Shown: one piece after another, positions 19,954-29,551 of the stretch
Position numbering within the stretch: the first letter of the stretch is position 1
Layout of the letters: each line of letters begins with the position of its first letter
From: Escherichia phage vB_EcoM_Goslar
Sequence record: NC_048170.1
Direction: 5' to 3' (one strand)
Length of the DNA stretch: 64,000 nt
Translations under genes and position numbers: made by a program
The notes under the pieces: model-generated
The model's database searches: none
Seen by the model: the letters and a program-made list of their open reading frames with translations, nothing else
What the model was told of the DNA's origin: nothing

Positions 19954-21528
19954 TTACAATTCAAAATCTTCATCGATAACACGCTGGGTAAGCACCTTGT
20001 CGCTGAAGAACTCCACCTTGCGCTGATGGTATTTACGGTGCGCTTCGATAGATGTACATACCAGATACCAGAACGTTGGTGTCATTCCTTCGAACTTCCC
20101 TTTCAGCTGACGTAGGCGTCCCAATACCTGAATGTTACCGGTTCGTGACCCCATCGCTAACGTCATGAACGTCATCACCAAGTCAGGGAGGTCGATACCT
20201 GTACCTGCCGATTTCACCGTCGTAACGCTGATATCGTTATCCAACAAGACCATGAAATCTTCTTCAGCAGTATAAGGACCAATCTCTAACTCAGGAATAC
20301 GTTCACTGAGATAATGCGATAACGACTTACACATATCAACGGTTGCACAATACACCAGCATCTTCATGCCTTCCTGATACTGGTTCATGAAACCTTTGAT
20401 GATAACGGTATAGATAAAGTTGAAATAGGCGAGTTTGAGTTGCTTGTTCTTCATGATAGACTGTTCGAATATCGTGTGAGAATAAGAACCCCCAAAGCCT
20501 TTGTATCTGACTTTATCTGTACTGCGTAATCGATACGTTACCGCATTTACCGCAATGTATTTCTTGTATTCGCATTTCGCATAACGTGCTTCTTTCGGAT
20601 ACATCAAATACAACATCCGTTCGATGAACGGATCGTCGGACACTGCCGTTGCTGACAGATAGATGATTTCCGGAATATTCGCGTAACACTTCACTTTGAA
20701 CAAGAAATGCAATGCTTCGTGACATTCATCATGGATTAACAACCCAATGCCTGTTTTCTCCCAGAACTCGACAGGATGGAAAACATAAGGTGCGACACAG
20801 TTGTTCTTTTCATAATCGGTTATGTATCTCTGAAACATGTTCAGCGAGAATAACGCAATTTTGAAATCCAGCTCACCTTGTTCCACCAACGTCTGGAATT
20901 CCAGCATGCTGTAACGAGGAATGTCTGGATGTGGTGGGTCAGATTGAGCTGTGCCACGTATCTCGATAACATCGCCCGGTTCCATACCGAAGAAACTTAG
21001 CAGTGAGCTACGCCAACCAGGCATGTATCTCGGTGACAGGATAATACCCGTCCGTACACCGCGTCGGAAGGTGATCTCCTGCGACATGGCTGTTTTACCA
21101 GACCCCGTGCCTGCGGTGTTTAAGCTCATTCTGAAGGGGGTATCCTTACCCCCGTCCATGTACTCCAACCATTCTTGTTGATCTTCACGCCACGGAAACT
21201 TCCATTTCTTTACGAACTCCACTTCCTTACCTGGCACTGGATCGTGATAAACGATTTCCAACCACTCTTTTCGGATTCCTCGAGAGAAGATAAAATCCAA
21301 AAACGATTTCAACTGTTCGCGGAGTAAGTATACCTCGCTATAATCGCTTCTCGCTGCGGCATACGTGTTTATGGTATCGGTAACCATTCTCCGTGTACGA
21401 GGGTCACGCCGTTTCCTCAGATGCAAACAACGGTCTCGAAGGTAATGGCCGATAAGATGGGCAAATCGAAGTCCGTATCCGCTCAGCCTCATGCCATGCG
21501 AGAAGACGTCGATACGAGCTAACTTCAT
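19954..21528 (-). CDS. SF2 DExH-box helicase
   Basis: Walker A GTGSGKT, motif II LIHDECHEA, motif VI-like GSRTGNIQVLGRLRQ. Confidence 0.6.
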   Translation of the reverse strand: MKLARIDVFSHGMRLSGYGLRFAHLIGHYLRDRCLHLRKRRDPRTRRMVTDTINTYAAARSDYSEVYLLREQLKSFLDFIFSRGIRKEWLEIVYHDPVPGKEVEFVKKWKFPWREDQQEWLEYMDGGKDTPFRMSLNTAGTGSGKTAMSQEITFRRGVRTGIILSPRYMPGWRSSLLSFFGMEPGDVIEIRGTAQSDPPHPDIPRYSMLEFQTLVEQGELDFKIALFSLNMFQRYITDYEKNNCVAPYVFHPVEFWEKTGIGLLIHDECHEALHFLFKVKCYANIPEIIYLSATAVSDDPFIERMLYLMYPKEARYAKCEYKKYIAVNAVTYRLRSTDKVRYKGFGGSYSHTIFEQSIMKNKQLKLAYFNFIYTVIIKGFMNQYQEGMKMLVYCATVDMCKSLSHYLSERIPELEIGPYTAEEDFMVLLDNDISVTTVKSAGTGIDLPDLVMTFMTLAMGSRTGNIQVLGRLRQLKGKFEGMTPTFWYLVCTSIEAHRKYHQRKVEFFSDKVLTQRVIDEDFEL

Positions 21529-23531
21529 AACGTGATTACATCCTCCGGTTTAGGTTCTTTACGCGGTAAAAGCATGTAGTCGATCGGATGATCCGGCTTC
21601 ATGGTTGGGATATAACTGTTCGGGTTTTGGAACGCATCCAGTTGCTCTTGGTGAGCGAACTTCATACTCAAGGAGCGCATGTTCATGTTCTTCTTGAAGG
21701 TACTGAAGTATCGTGTTGTTCCCTGTTTCGGCATGCGATAATCTTTCGTGTGTGGTGAACGAATCATGCTGGCGTAGAGAATAACATCGAGATGCGAAAG
21801 GTTCATTCGCAGACGCTGGGCACACAGACGATGCCAATAGTACAGCACGTTTGCAACTTCTTCCGGTGTCGCTTCGTCTTCCGAAAGGAATCCGGCACTG
21901 AAAGAACCTTTCCCGAATTTGAATTCACGTTCGATTTCTTTTGCGTATTCCATCATGTTTTTGTGGATTAACGGCATCTGGAATAACGTACGTGAATTGT
22001 CCCAATGTTTCAAGTCGAAAATCACAATCCCGTCAGACGTCACTTCCCAGCTATGGCGTTTAAGATAACGGATAAACGCTTTACTCGGGACAACGGGACG
22101 TCCACAGAAATCGAAATTGACTTTGAGCTTACGGTAGCTTTCATCTTTCCTGTCGTAAATCTCCATATCACAAAGCGTCATGTTAAACAGGCGTTGCGGT
22201 ATCAGCGAACTGATTTCTTCCGCTTCCGCTACATCGTACAACATGTTCGCAAGACCTAACTTCATCTTAATCAGCACGTGTTTACCTTTCAGCTCACGTG
22301 CGAGTTTGATGTCGTTCATATTCTGGCTGTAGCGAAGGATATGTTGATATTCCGGTGGGATTGGTGCTGTGGATACCGTTGACGAACCATCATGGTGTTT
22401 GGTAGAAAGAATGTTCTGCGTTACCTGTTGCGAACAGGTACGCGCTGCGCCATCGCCGACATTATCGGTTAGTGCGAAGTTATGACTTAATTCACCGTAA
22501 CACGTCGTACATACCCCAGCAGGATCGGGATGATGACAATAGTTAACGGAGCGCATACGCACTGTGGTGCCGATCAATTCTTTCATGTGTGGTTGTATCG
22601 CTACCAACGAACCGTCATCGCGAATAATGAATCGACCGTGGAAGCCACGCAGGTCGGTCTCATCACGGATTGGCATCGGGATGGTCTCTTTACTACCACA
22701 ATCTCCAGGATGGAGTCGTTGTACAACCGCTGTCGCTATCTGAAGTTCACGACCGAAATATTCAGACTTCTTGATCTGCTCTTTGTTGAACAGCAACGAC
22801 TTCGCCGCAGAACGACTTTCTTTCAAGCTGTCGGGAAGAGAGATCAAACCTGCCGCGTACGACCGCATTACTGGATCACGGAATATCTCGGAGTTAATAT
22901 CGGTCAAGAATCCACGCATCCCAATACACTGCAGCACCTGCCCAATCGAAACGTGTTCGGTTCGTACCGCACGCGCAATAGGGTTTGCGTGTAACGTTTT
23001 ATCGGTGCTCAGTACCTTGGTCAGTTTCTTGTATGCGCTTTCGATACCTTCACGGGTGGGTTCCGCTTCGGCGATGATTTTCTTAACTTCAGGATGTACG
23101 GTAATCTGATAAAAATCATCCGCGCAAATAGTCGTTACGTATTCCTCCAGCGCATACGTAAAGAAGTTATATACATTGTTAAACATATCGAACAATGCTT
23201 TCCAGAGAACCTCACGATTCTCTTGTGGATAAGCATACATGCATTGACGATACGCGGCGCTTTGCAACGCAACCGACGAACCAGCAGTAAACTTGCGTTT
23301 ATCGACCAGGTTCTCTTTTGTCAATGGTGTCTCAGGATACATGCGATGCACAGACCAGTGCATGTAACTAAAGAAAATGCGTCGCGCACGCAATTCATGA
23401 ACGCCATCGTCCATCTCGATATATACACGGTCATTAGGCTGTGCCCACTCGAATACTTCATCAACCGGCCAGTGCATAAGCTCGCGTGCCCTCACACGAC
23501 GTTTCGTGGTGGTCGTCTGTGTTATAGTCAT
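21525..23531 (-). CDS. multisubunit RNA polymerase beta'-like subunit, C-terminal part
   Basis: MRSVNYCHHPDPAGVCTTCYGELS parallels bacterial beta' RSVVSCDTDFGVCAHCYG, followed by a degenerate bridge-helix region. Confidence 0.55.
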   Translation of the reverse strand: MTITQTTTTKRRVRARELMHWPVDEVFEWAQPNDRVYIEMDDGVHELRARRIFFSYMHWSVHRMYPETPLTKENLVDKRKFTAGSSVALQSAAYRQCMYAYPQENREVLWKALFDMFNNVYNFFTYALEEYVTTICADDFYQITVHPEVKKIIAEAEPTREGIESAYKKLTKVLSTDKTLHANPIARAVRTEHVSIGQVLQCIGMRGFLTDINSEIFRDPVMRSYAAGLISLPDSLKESRSAAKSLLFNKEQIKKSEYFGRELQIATAVVQRLHPGDCGSKETIPMPIRDETDLRGFHGRFIIRDDGSLVAIQPHMKELIGTTVRMRSVNYCHHPDPAGVCTTCYGELSHNFALTDNVGDGAARTCSQQVTQNILSTKHHDGSSTVSTAPIPPEYQHILRYSQNMNDIKLARELKGKHVLIKMKLGLANMLYDVAEAEEISSLIPQRLFNMTLCDMEIYDRKDESYRKLKVNFDFCGRPVVPSKAFIRYLKRHSWEVTSDGIVIFDLKHWDNSRTLFQMPLIHKNMMEYAKEIEREFKFGKGSFSAGFLSEDEATPEEVANVLYYWHRLCAQRLRMNLSHLDVILYASMIRSPHTKDYRMPKQGTTRYFSTFKKNMNMRSLSMKFAHQEQLDAFQNPNSYIPTMKPDHPIDYMLLPRKEPKPEDVITL

Positions 23532-23676
23532 TATTGCTTTCCGATTTAAATGGTTTTATCATACGGTTTACCAAATCCGTTGGACTTTACTATCGTTGTG
23601 ATAGCATTGGGAATCCCTTCCCTTAGGTTATGTAGGTGTTAATATATCTCCACTGCTGACCTTTATGTCGGCAGCA

Positions 23677-24162
23677 TTATCCAGCTTTCTGTTGTAAAGC
23701 GTATGGATCCATAGCGTCTGACATATCCGCAAAAACGGTGAGAATAAACCCCTTTATCTGTCTCACCTCGGTTACACGAAGCCCTTTATCATTGCGATAT
23801 ACGTTTTCTTCACCGACTAACTTTGGTCGAATAACATAAACTCCATCAACAAGCGGGAATGTCGGATACGGATAAATACCAATACGAATGATGTTTGGGC
23901 GATCGCCTAGAAGGTCACGTCCAAACTTATCGACTCGACCATAAATCGCCCCATCCGCACCTTCCACCTCAATGAGATCGTTTCGAATATCCTGAAATAG
24001 CTGCTCTAACGTGTCGGCGGGATACGCATATGCGACGCCTAACGCTGGATCCTCAATGGTTTTGACACTGAATCCGTTAAGCCAAACAATCCGTTCATCC
24101 GCCCATGTTTCTTCATATACCGTTAATCCATCGCCGTATATGTTGGCGTGTGCTATCTCCAT
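23677..24162 (-). CDS. hypothetical protein
   Basis: 161-aa ORF. Confidence 0.45.
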   Translation of the reverse strand: MEIAHANIYGDGLTVYEETWADERIVWLNGFSVKTIEDPALGVAYAYPADTLEQLFQDIRNDLIEVEGADGAIYGRVDKFGRDLLGDRPNIIRIGIYPYPTFPLVDGVYVIRPKLVGEENVYRNDKGLRVTEVRQIKGFILTVFADMSDAMDPYALQQKAG

Positions 24163-24319
24163 AATCTCATTTCCTCTTATACGTTAGGATAGATGACATG
24201 TTTGATATACGTTGCCTTTGCATATATTGCTTTATTTCCGTCAGAAATAACGGAAAATAAAAACAACGACATAGTTCCCTCCCACCTCCACATGGGAGAG
24301 GGAGGGCTATTCGTGTTTA

Positions 24320-24682
24320 TTACTCTATGCTGTCTTCTTCAGCACAATCCTCTTCTGAACCATCGAACGTTTTCTGCACTGCAGTGGTATCCCAGTTGGC
24401 AGCGTAATCAGCCATCGCTTCGCGCAGTGCTTCCTCACCAGCATCACCGGCCAGGTCAAGTACAACCAAACCTTGCGCGACGTTTTGAGCGACAGTATCA
24501 ATAACGGTCGCATCTTCTTCAAAACTACGTACCGGTTCAATGGTGCCTACATCAACAGCATAGTTCGTGGTCGCTGTAAGCACGGCGACTTGTAGCGCAT
24601 CACTATCTTCATCGTGCAATGCTGCTTCAATACCGATTGGACGGGCCAGTTCTTGTAGTGTTAATTTGCGAATTAAGTTCAT
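24320..24682 (-). CDS. hypothetical acidic protein
   Basis: 120-aa ORF, Asp/Glu rich. Confidence 0.4.
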   Translation of the reverse strand: MNLIRKLTLQELARPIGIEAALHDEDSDALQVAVLTATTNYAVDVGTIEPVRSFEEDATVIDTVAQNVAQGLVVLDLAGDAGEEALREAMADYAANWDTTAVQKTFDGSEEDCAEEDSIE

Positions 24683-24704
24683 TATGTTTTTCCTCAGGTG
24701 AATG

Positions 24705-25055
24705 TTAGCAATCGTTTAAAACTTTTTCGATACGATGGTTGACGAATTCATTGAACGACTCTTCGGCTTGTTCGATAATTTCATCAACATCGATATCTAA
24801 TTGTTGGGGTTGGATGACATGCTCTTTCATGGTTTCTAGCCAGTATTCGGCTTTAACCATAACGTTAGCGACTTGTTCGACCTGACTGCGTATGTCGACG
24901 ATCTGGCAATCAGGATTGTTAATATCGATGATGTGTCCGTGGTGTTTGATAAACCCTAACTTATTCGACGCCCTTACCGCATCGCGGGCAAGCTCTTGCA
25001 AGATTAAATTATTTACATAGTTCACTGCTATGGAACGACTTTCTTTATCACTCAT
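24705..25055 (-). CDS. hypothetical protein
   Basis: 116-aa ORF. Confidence 0.4.
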   Translation of the reverse strand: MSDKESRSIAVNYVNNLILQELARDAVRASNKLGFIKHHGHIIDINNPDCQIVDIRSQVEQVANVMVKAEYWLETMKEHVIQPQQLDIDVDEIIEQAEESFNEFVNHRIEKVLNDC

Positions 25056-25174
25056 ACCAGGGATCCTCTTTTAAGTGTTCACATTCTAGTGTTAAGCAGT
25101 TAAAATAAACCGTCCCTTTAATCAGCATAAACATCCTCCTCCCACCACATGGGCAGGAGGAGGCGTAATATGCA

Positions 25175-25585
25175 TCAGAAAGGAGGACGATCTTTAAATT
25201 CTAACAACGTGTCTTCGAAGCAAGCGATGAGTTCAGACTGTAATTCGGTACGGCCTTGTTCACCGAAGAGTTCCAGCAACATTAACCCCCGAGCGGTCTT
25301 CGTAGCAACCTCTTCGCAGATGCGGAGATCGTGAACTTCATCATCGTTGACATCTTTACGCAACTGTGCCGCAATGGGCTTAAGATTGCCGTTTTCATCG
25401 TGTTCGTCACGAAATGCATCATAAGCCGCATCGATGTTCGCGATCCGTGTCAATCCTTCAGAATCCCGCCAATCTCGATATAATCCAAGAAGACGATTAT
25501 GATTCTTCGTTTTGACGTTCGGTGCTGGAAGGTTGCGCAACAGATGTGGCGTAATCATTGCTATCACGCTATCCGAATGATTCAT
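25175..25585 (-). CDS. hypothetical protein
   Basis: 136-aa ORF. Confidence 0.4.
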   Translation of the reverse strand: MNHSDSVIAMITPHLLRNLPAPNVKTKNHNRLLGLYRDWRDSEGLTRIANIDAAYDAFRDEHDENGNLKPIAAQLRKDVNDDEVHDLRICEEVATKTARGLMLLELFGEQGRTELQSELIACFEDTLLEFKDRPPF

Positions 25586-25596
25586 CGTATACCTCG

Positions 25597-27765
25597 TTAG
25601 CTTTCGCAGTCATCTGCGTCGATGATTTGTCCGCCAGCAACGTTCAGCTGATGATACAGAATCCTCAACGCACGGTTGCCACCAATGGGATACTTCTCGA
25701 AGTTGGTTGCAATAGGAATCGCTGACGGCTTATCGGTCGCATAGATACTTTCAGTGATGCTATCCACCTGTTTTGGATTGTTCGCATAATCCATAAAGAC
25801 GCTTGCGAACCATCCGCCAGCAAAGGCGGTAACTTCGCGATGTTCAGATTCGCCACAGTAACGAGTTGGTTGCTCTTTACCCGGAGAACTGTATTTATCG
25901 CTATTACTGAGTTTCGACGGTAATCCATGCGCTTGCAATTTAGGAATACCCACAGCCGACCAATCGTTCGCCGTCTTCTCCAACATCATGATGTACGTGT
26001 CACCGATCGCAATATCGTTCTTGGTTGTCCGCCACTGCCCAGAACGCCCACGGTATCGTACAGGACCTTTCTTCAACGGGAACTCACGAATCAGATTCTC
26101 CATACGTTCTGAACCTGCTGCGATACTGTCCGTCGGGATATAAACTTCCGTACCGTGGCGTTGTACATACCGTAAATGATCCCATTTATCCTCATCCGTG
26201 ATACAGTATTTTTCAACAACCTGTTCCACGAATTCAGGACTGACGATATAGTAGTAACGCATTAGTGTGTTCCAAGCGGTCTCCAGATCGCCTGCATCCA
26301 TCACTGGTTTCAGTTCACGCATGATCTGATCGCCAACACCGTTGATGTAAGGTGCATTAACACGACTTAAACTCATCCTTTTGATTACCGTGCTATCGTC
26401 AAACATAAAGTCTGCAACGTTACCCCATTGGTCAACCGGCATCTCATCATCTTCCATGATGTCGGTTACGACGAATTTATCACCCGCCATACCAGTGAAT
26501 TTAAACCCGATACCTGGAACAACGTCGTACGTGTACGTGATGGTCACACGCCAATCATCGAGATTCTCTTTGCGGTAATCGCGGGTCGGTAACACATGAC
26601 GTAGCTGTCCATTAGGATTGCGGATATCAATACCATGTTCAGCATCAGCCAGGTTCAACCACCACATCACCGTTTGATGATGACGTATCGGCGTACCAAC
26701 GCGTTCACGTTCATACTTACGAACAGCATCCTGAATTCGGGTGTAAAGCAAACCGATTGCGTTCTCGTATTTCAGGAATTGACGATACGGAGGACGCATC
26801 TTCTCTTCCATCATAATCGCACGCTCGCGGGCTTGACGTCCAGAACGACGATGCCGGTCGCTGACAACATCGATATCCGTTACACGCGCATTCGGTTCAG
26901 CGTAAGTGAGGTCATCGTAAACATAATCCACACGCTGAAGATTACACGTCATCATGTCAACAACGCTGAGGATAGGATCTATTTCGCGTGTTGCTGCAAG
27001 TAACCCATCTTTACGAATACGCTCACCGTTCTCGGGTATTGCTTGATATACCTCATCATCGCCGTAGAGATTGATTGGGTATCGCGATTTACCTGATGTG
27101 ATTGTTCGCTTCTCAATGCCGGTACTGGTGAAATGTTTCAATACACCACGACGGGCAACACCACCATCCTCGATACACTGATAGAAGCTACCGAAACACA
27201 CTTTACAATCGCGACCGTAACCCCACTCGCGTGTTTCTTGATTGATCGCTGGGCTTTCCATCAAACGAGAATATCGCGGTACGATCTGGCCTCGACGGAG
27301 GGAATGGAACAAGTTGGTTGGTCGAAAACGGAAACCGTACTGCTGATGCATGATGTGATGCTCAGGCACTTCAAGCAAGCGTAGTTCGTGGCGGTTACCA
27401 TCCTCTTGGTTTTCATACAGCACGTAATGCATCGTGTTTGTTTTGATGCTGTTTGCTGTATGCCCCGGTTGGAAACGTGGGATGATATCTATGATGCGAG
27501 ATTCGACTGGAAACTCTACTGACCAAGTGTTCTGTCCGTACTGGTATTCAATCCCCGTCGTTAGTCGGGACGGTTTCGCATCTTTGATAACCAACGCTTG
27601 GCTAAGATGTCCACCAAACATCGCAGCGCGCTGTGCTGAGTTATAATGCAATAGCCCGTTAAGTCCAGTCCCTACGCCAGTATACTCCTGTTTAATGGGA
27701 ATGATTTTACCTTCAGCGATTGCCTGCTTCACAGATTCATAAAGAGGTTTTTCTTTATAATGCAT
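25597..27765 (-). CDS. multisubunit RNA polymerase beta-like subunit, C-terminal part
   Basis: GDKFVVTDIMEDDEMPVDQWGNVADFMF parallels beta GDKMAGRHGNKGV...EDMPYDENGTPVDIVLNP; YIMMLEK/GESEHREVTAF parallels YMYMLKL/GEMEVWALEAY. Start set at MHYKEK (ATG 27765, AGGAAG upstream) rather than the Ser/Arg-rich extension to 27930. Confidence 0.55.
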   Translation of the reverse strand: MHYKEKPLYESVKQAIAEGKIIPIKQEYTGVGTGLNGLLHYNSAQRAAMFGGHLSQALVIKDAKPSRLTTGIEYQYGQNTWSVEFPVESRIIDIIPRFQPGHTANSIKTNTMHYVLYENQEDGNRHELRLLEVPEHHIMHQQYGFRFRPTNLFHSLRRGQIVPRYSRLMESPAINQETREWGYGRDCKVCFGSFYQCIEDGGVARRGVLKHFTSTGIEKRTITSGKSRYPINLYGDDEVYQAIPENGERIRKDGLLAATREIDPILSVVDMMTCNLQRVDYVYDDLTYAEPNARVTDIDVVSDRHRRSGRQARERAIMMEEKMRPPYRQFLKYENAIGLLYTRIQDAVRKYERERVGTPIRHHQTVMWWLNLADAEHGIDIRNPNGQLRHVLPTRDYRKENLDDWRVTITYTYDVVPGIGFKFTGMAGDKFVVTDIMEDDEMPVDQWGNVADFMFDDSTVIKRMSLSRVNAPYINGVGDQIMRELKPVMDAGDLETAWNTLMRYYYIVSPEFVEQVVEKYCITDEDKWDHLRYVQRHGTEVYIPTDSIAAGSERMENLIREFPLKKGPVRYRGRSGQWRTTKNDIAIGDTYIMMLEKTANDWSAVGIPKLQAHGLPSKLSNSDKYSSPGKEQPTRYCGESEHREVTAFAGGWFASVFMDYANNPKQVDSITESIYATDKPSAIPIATNFEKYPIGGNRALRILYHQLNVAGGQIIDADDCES

Positions 27766-27796
27766 AGGACTTCCTATTATCGAATTGAGGTACGTC

Positions 27797-28150
27797 ATGT
27801 CTAACACGCCCCTGAACGACTTTCTTAAGACAAACCCCGATGACCTCATCCACGATCTTGATTTCAGGAACGTTGTTGAGATGCATCTGGAATATTTCAA
27901 AAATGCCGGACTGGTCTCTACGATAGACATACCACCCGAACGCGCCTACGAATTCGATGGTAACTTTTATGGATTGTGTCGTGTTCTGCTCGGCGAGGGT
28001 AGCGAACCAATGCACTGGATCACCCTGAGACTCAATGGTTATCGCGACCCTACGGAATACACCGCCGATGTTCTAACCATGAAGATTGTCGATACAAGCG
28101 CAATCAACACATTAAAACAACAGTACCGCACAATCCACTACAGCGCTTAA
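27797..28150 (+). CDS. hypothetical protein
   Basis: ATG 27797 with GAGGT 6 nt upstream; 117 aa; followed by GC hairpin. Confidence 0.4.
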   Translation: MSNTPLNDFLKTNPDDLIHDLDFRNVVEMHLEYFKNAGLVSTIDIPPERAYEFDGNFYGLCRVLLGEGSEPMHWITLRLNGYRDPTEYTADVLTMKIVDTSAINTLKQQYRTIHYSA

Positions 28151-28155
28151 GATAA

Positions 28156-28184
28156 CCCTCCCGCAACGTAAGGCGTAGGGAGGG
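28156..28184. terminator. GC hairpin between convergent genes
   Basis: ccctccc ... gggaggg inverted repeat followed by catttatg. Confidence 0.45.
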
Positions 28185-28215
28185 CATTTATGCCGTCGTT
28201 CGATGACTTAATACA

Positions 28216-29496
28216 TCAGAAACGATTTACAGTACGTCCTGTCCACGCGCTCAGGATGTTGTTACGTTCCATCTCAGCACGACGACGTAAACCGTTTGGC
28301 GACTGCGGTGCTGGCGGCATCCCCCATCCGGCAGGTTGCATGCCCATGCCCGGCCAAGCAGCATTATTGAACATCGTACCGTTACGTTCCGCAACACGGT
28401 TCATCAACGCATCAAACGTGCTATTACCTGCCGGTTGGTTACCACCACTTTCCCACTGATTAGGTTGGACAGGTGCGGTTTTACCTAACAGGTTATCGAT
28501 CACACTGCCTGTTGCAGCAGGACGCGGTTGCATACCTTCATGTGCGGCTGCCGATGGATTTGGCTTAACCGTCGGCTGTGGACGACTGTTCAGCGTTACA
28601 CCCATGTTGTATTTCGCTGGCGGAATCTGACCACGATGCTGATTAATCGGTTCAAAATCCTCGACCCAGGTAACATCGCAATAACCGTTCTCTTTACCGT
28701 CGTACTTATCACCAAACAGTTTGATGAGATTGTTCAGCGGTTCCATCAGCTTAGCGAAGCTGTGGATAAGACAGTCGAAATACGGAGCATGGGGATCGCT
28801 TGACCCAGCGTTGTACGTTTCGCTTACTTCACCCGCGTGCGGGATAACATACTCAACCAGGTTTCTCAGCATGTTAAGATCTTTCTTGGAAATCTCAACA
28901 CCACACCAATACGTTTTCTTATCTTTCGTGCTGATGTGTTCTTCTTCCATGAACGGGAAAGTAACGACCGCAACGCGGGTCATCTTCTTACCCATGTAGG
29001 TTGCACCAGTACGACGAAGATAAATTTTGGACAGCGTATACGGCGTATCACGTTTCAGCCAAACGGTGACCAGTTTGCCCAGGGTCGTTAGTGTTTTATC
29101 GCTGGCGTCCGCAAGGATGTTGAAGAACTCTTTTTGCTTCGGCCCGAAACGTTTTGCTTCTTTAGGATTGATTGCGGTTTCAACCATCCAAATCAGCATG
29201 GAGCATAGCGTGGCATTAAAACGAACAACCATCGCACGACGCAGGAACTGAAGGACTTCCGATTCGCCGTTCATCACGTCTTCACTTAGCGGATGGAACA
29301 ACACGCGTTCAGCTAACTGATTTCCGGTACGAACTTCAGAAACCGGCATCAACAACGGCATGCTTTCCACGGTAGCGGCAACTGCAACAACTTTACCATC
29401 CCCATCCGTAAAACGATATTCTAATTCGTGGGCGTCATTCTCAAAATAGTTAACGCTCTGTAGTGCTTTGCGATAAGCTTCGATAAGCTTCGACAT
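28216..29496 (-). CDS. hypothetical protein
   Basis: 426-aa ORF with Gly/Pro/Met-rich C-terminal region. Confidence 0.5.
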   Translation of the reverse strand: MSKLIEAYRKALQSVNYFENDAHELEYRFTDGDGKVVAVAATVESMPLLMPVSEVRTGNQLAERVLFHPLSEDVMNGESEVLQFLRRAMVVRFNATLCSMLIWMVETAINPKEAKRFGPKQKEFFNILADASDKTLTTLGKLVTVWLKRDTPYTLSKIYLRRTGATYMGKKMTRVAVVTFPFMEEEHISTKDKKTYWCGVEISKKDLNMLRNLVEYVIPHAGEVSETYNAGSSDPHAPYFDCLIHSFAKLMEPLNNLIKLFGDKYDGKENGYCDVTWVEDFEPINQHRGQIPPAKYNMGVTLNSRPQPTVKPNPSAAAHEGMQPRPAATGSVIDNLLGKTAPVQPNQWESGGNQPAGNSTFDALMNRVAERNGTMFNNAAWPGMGMQPAGWGMPPAPQSPNGLRRRAEMERNNILSAWTGRTVNRF

Positions 29497-29551
29497 ATTG
29501 TATTTCCTTTTCTTTACGTCAACGGTCCCCCTACAACAGGGGACCTATGGA

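Noticed and set aside
25597-27930. Longer 777-aa version of the RNAP beta-C ORF starting at 27930
   Set aside because: The extra 55 N-terminal residues are Ser/Arg-rich and overlap a well-formed plus-strand ORF (27797-28150); ATG 27765 has an AGGAAG RBS.
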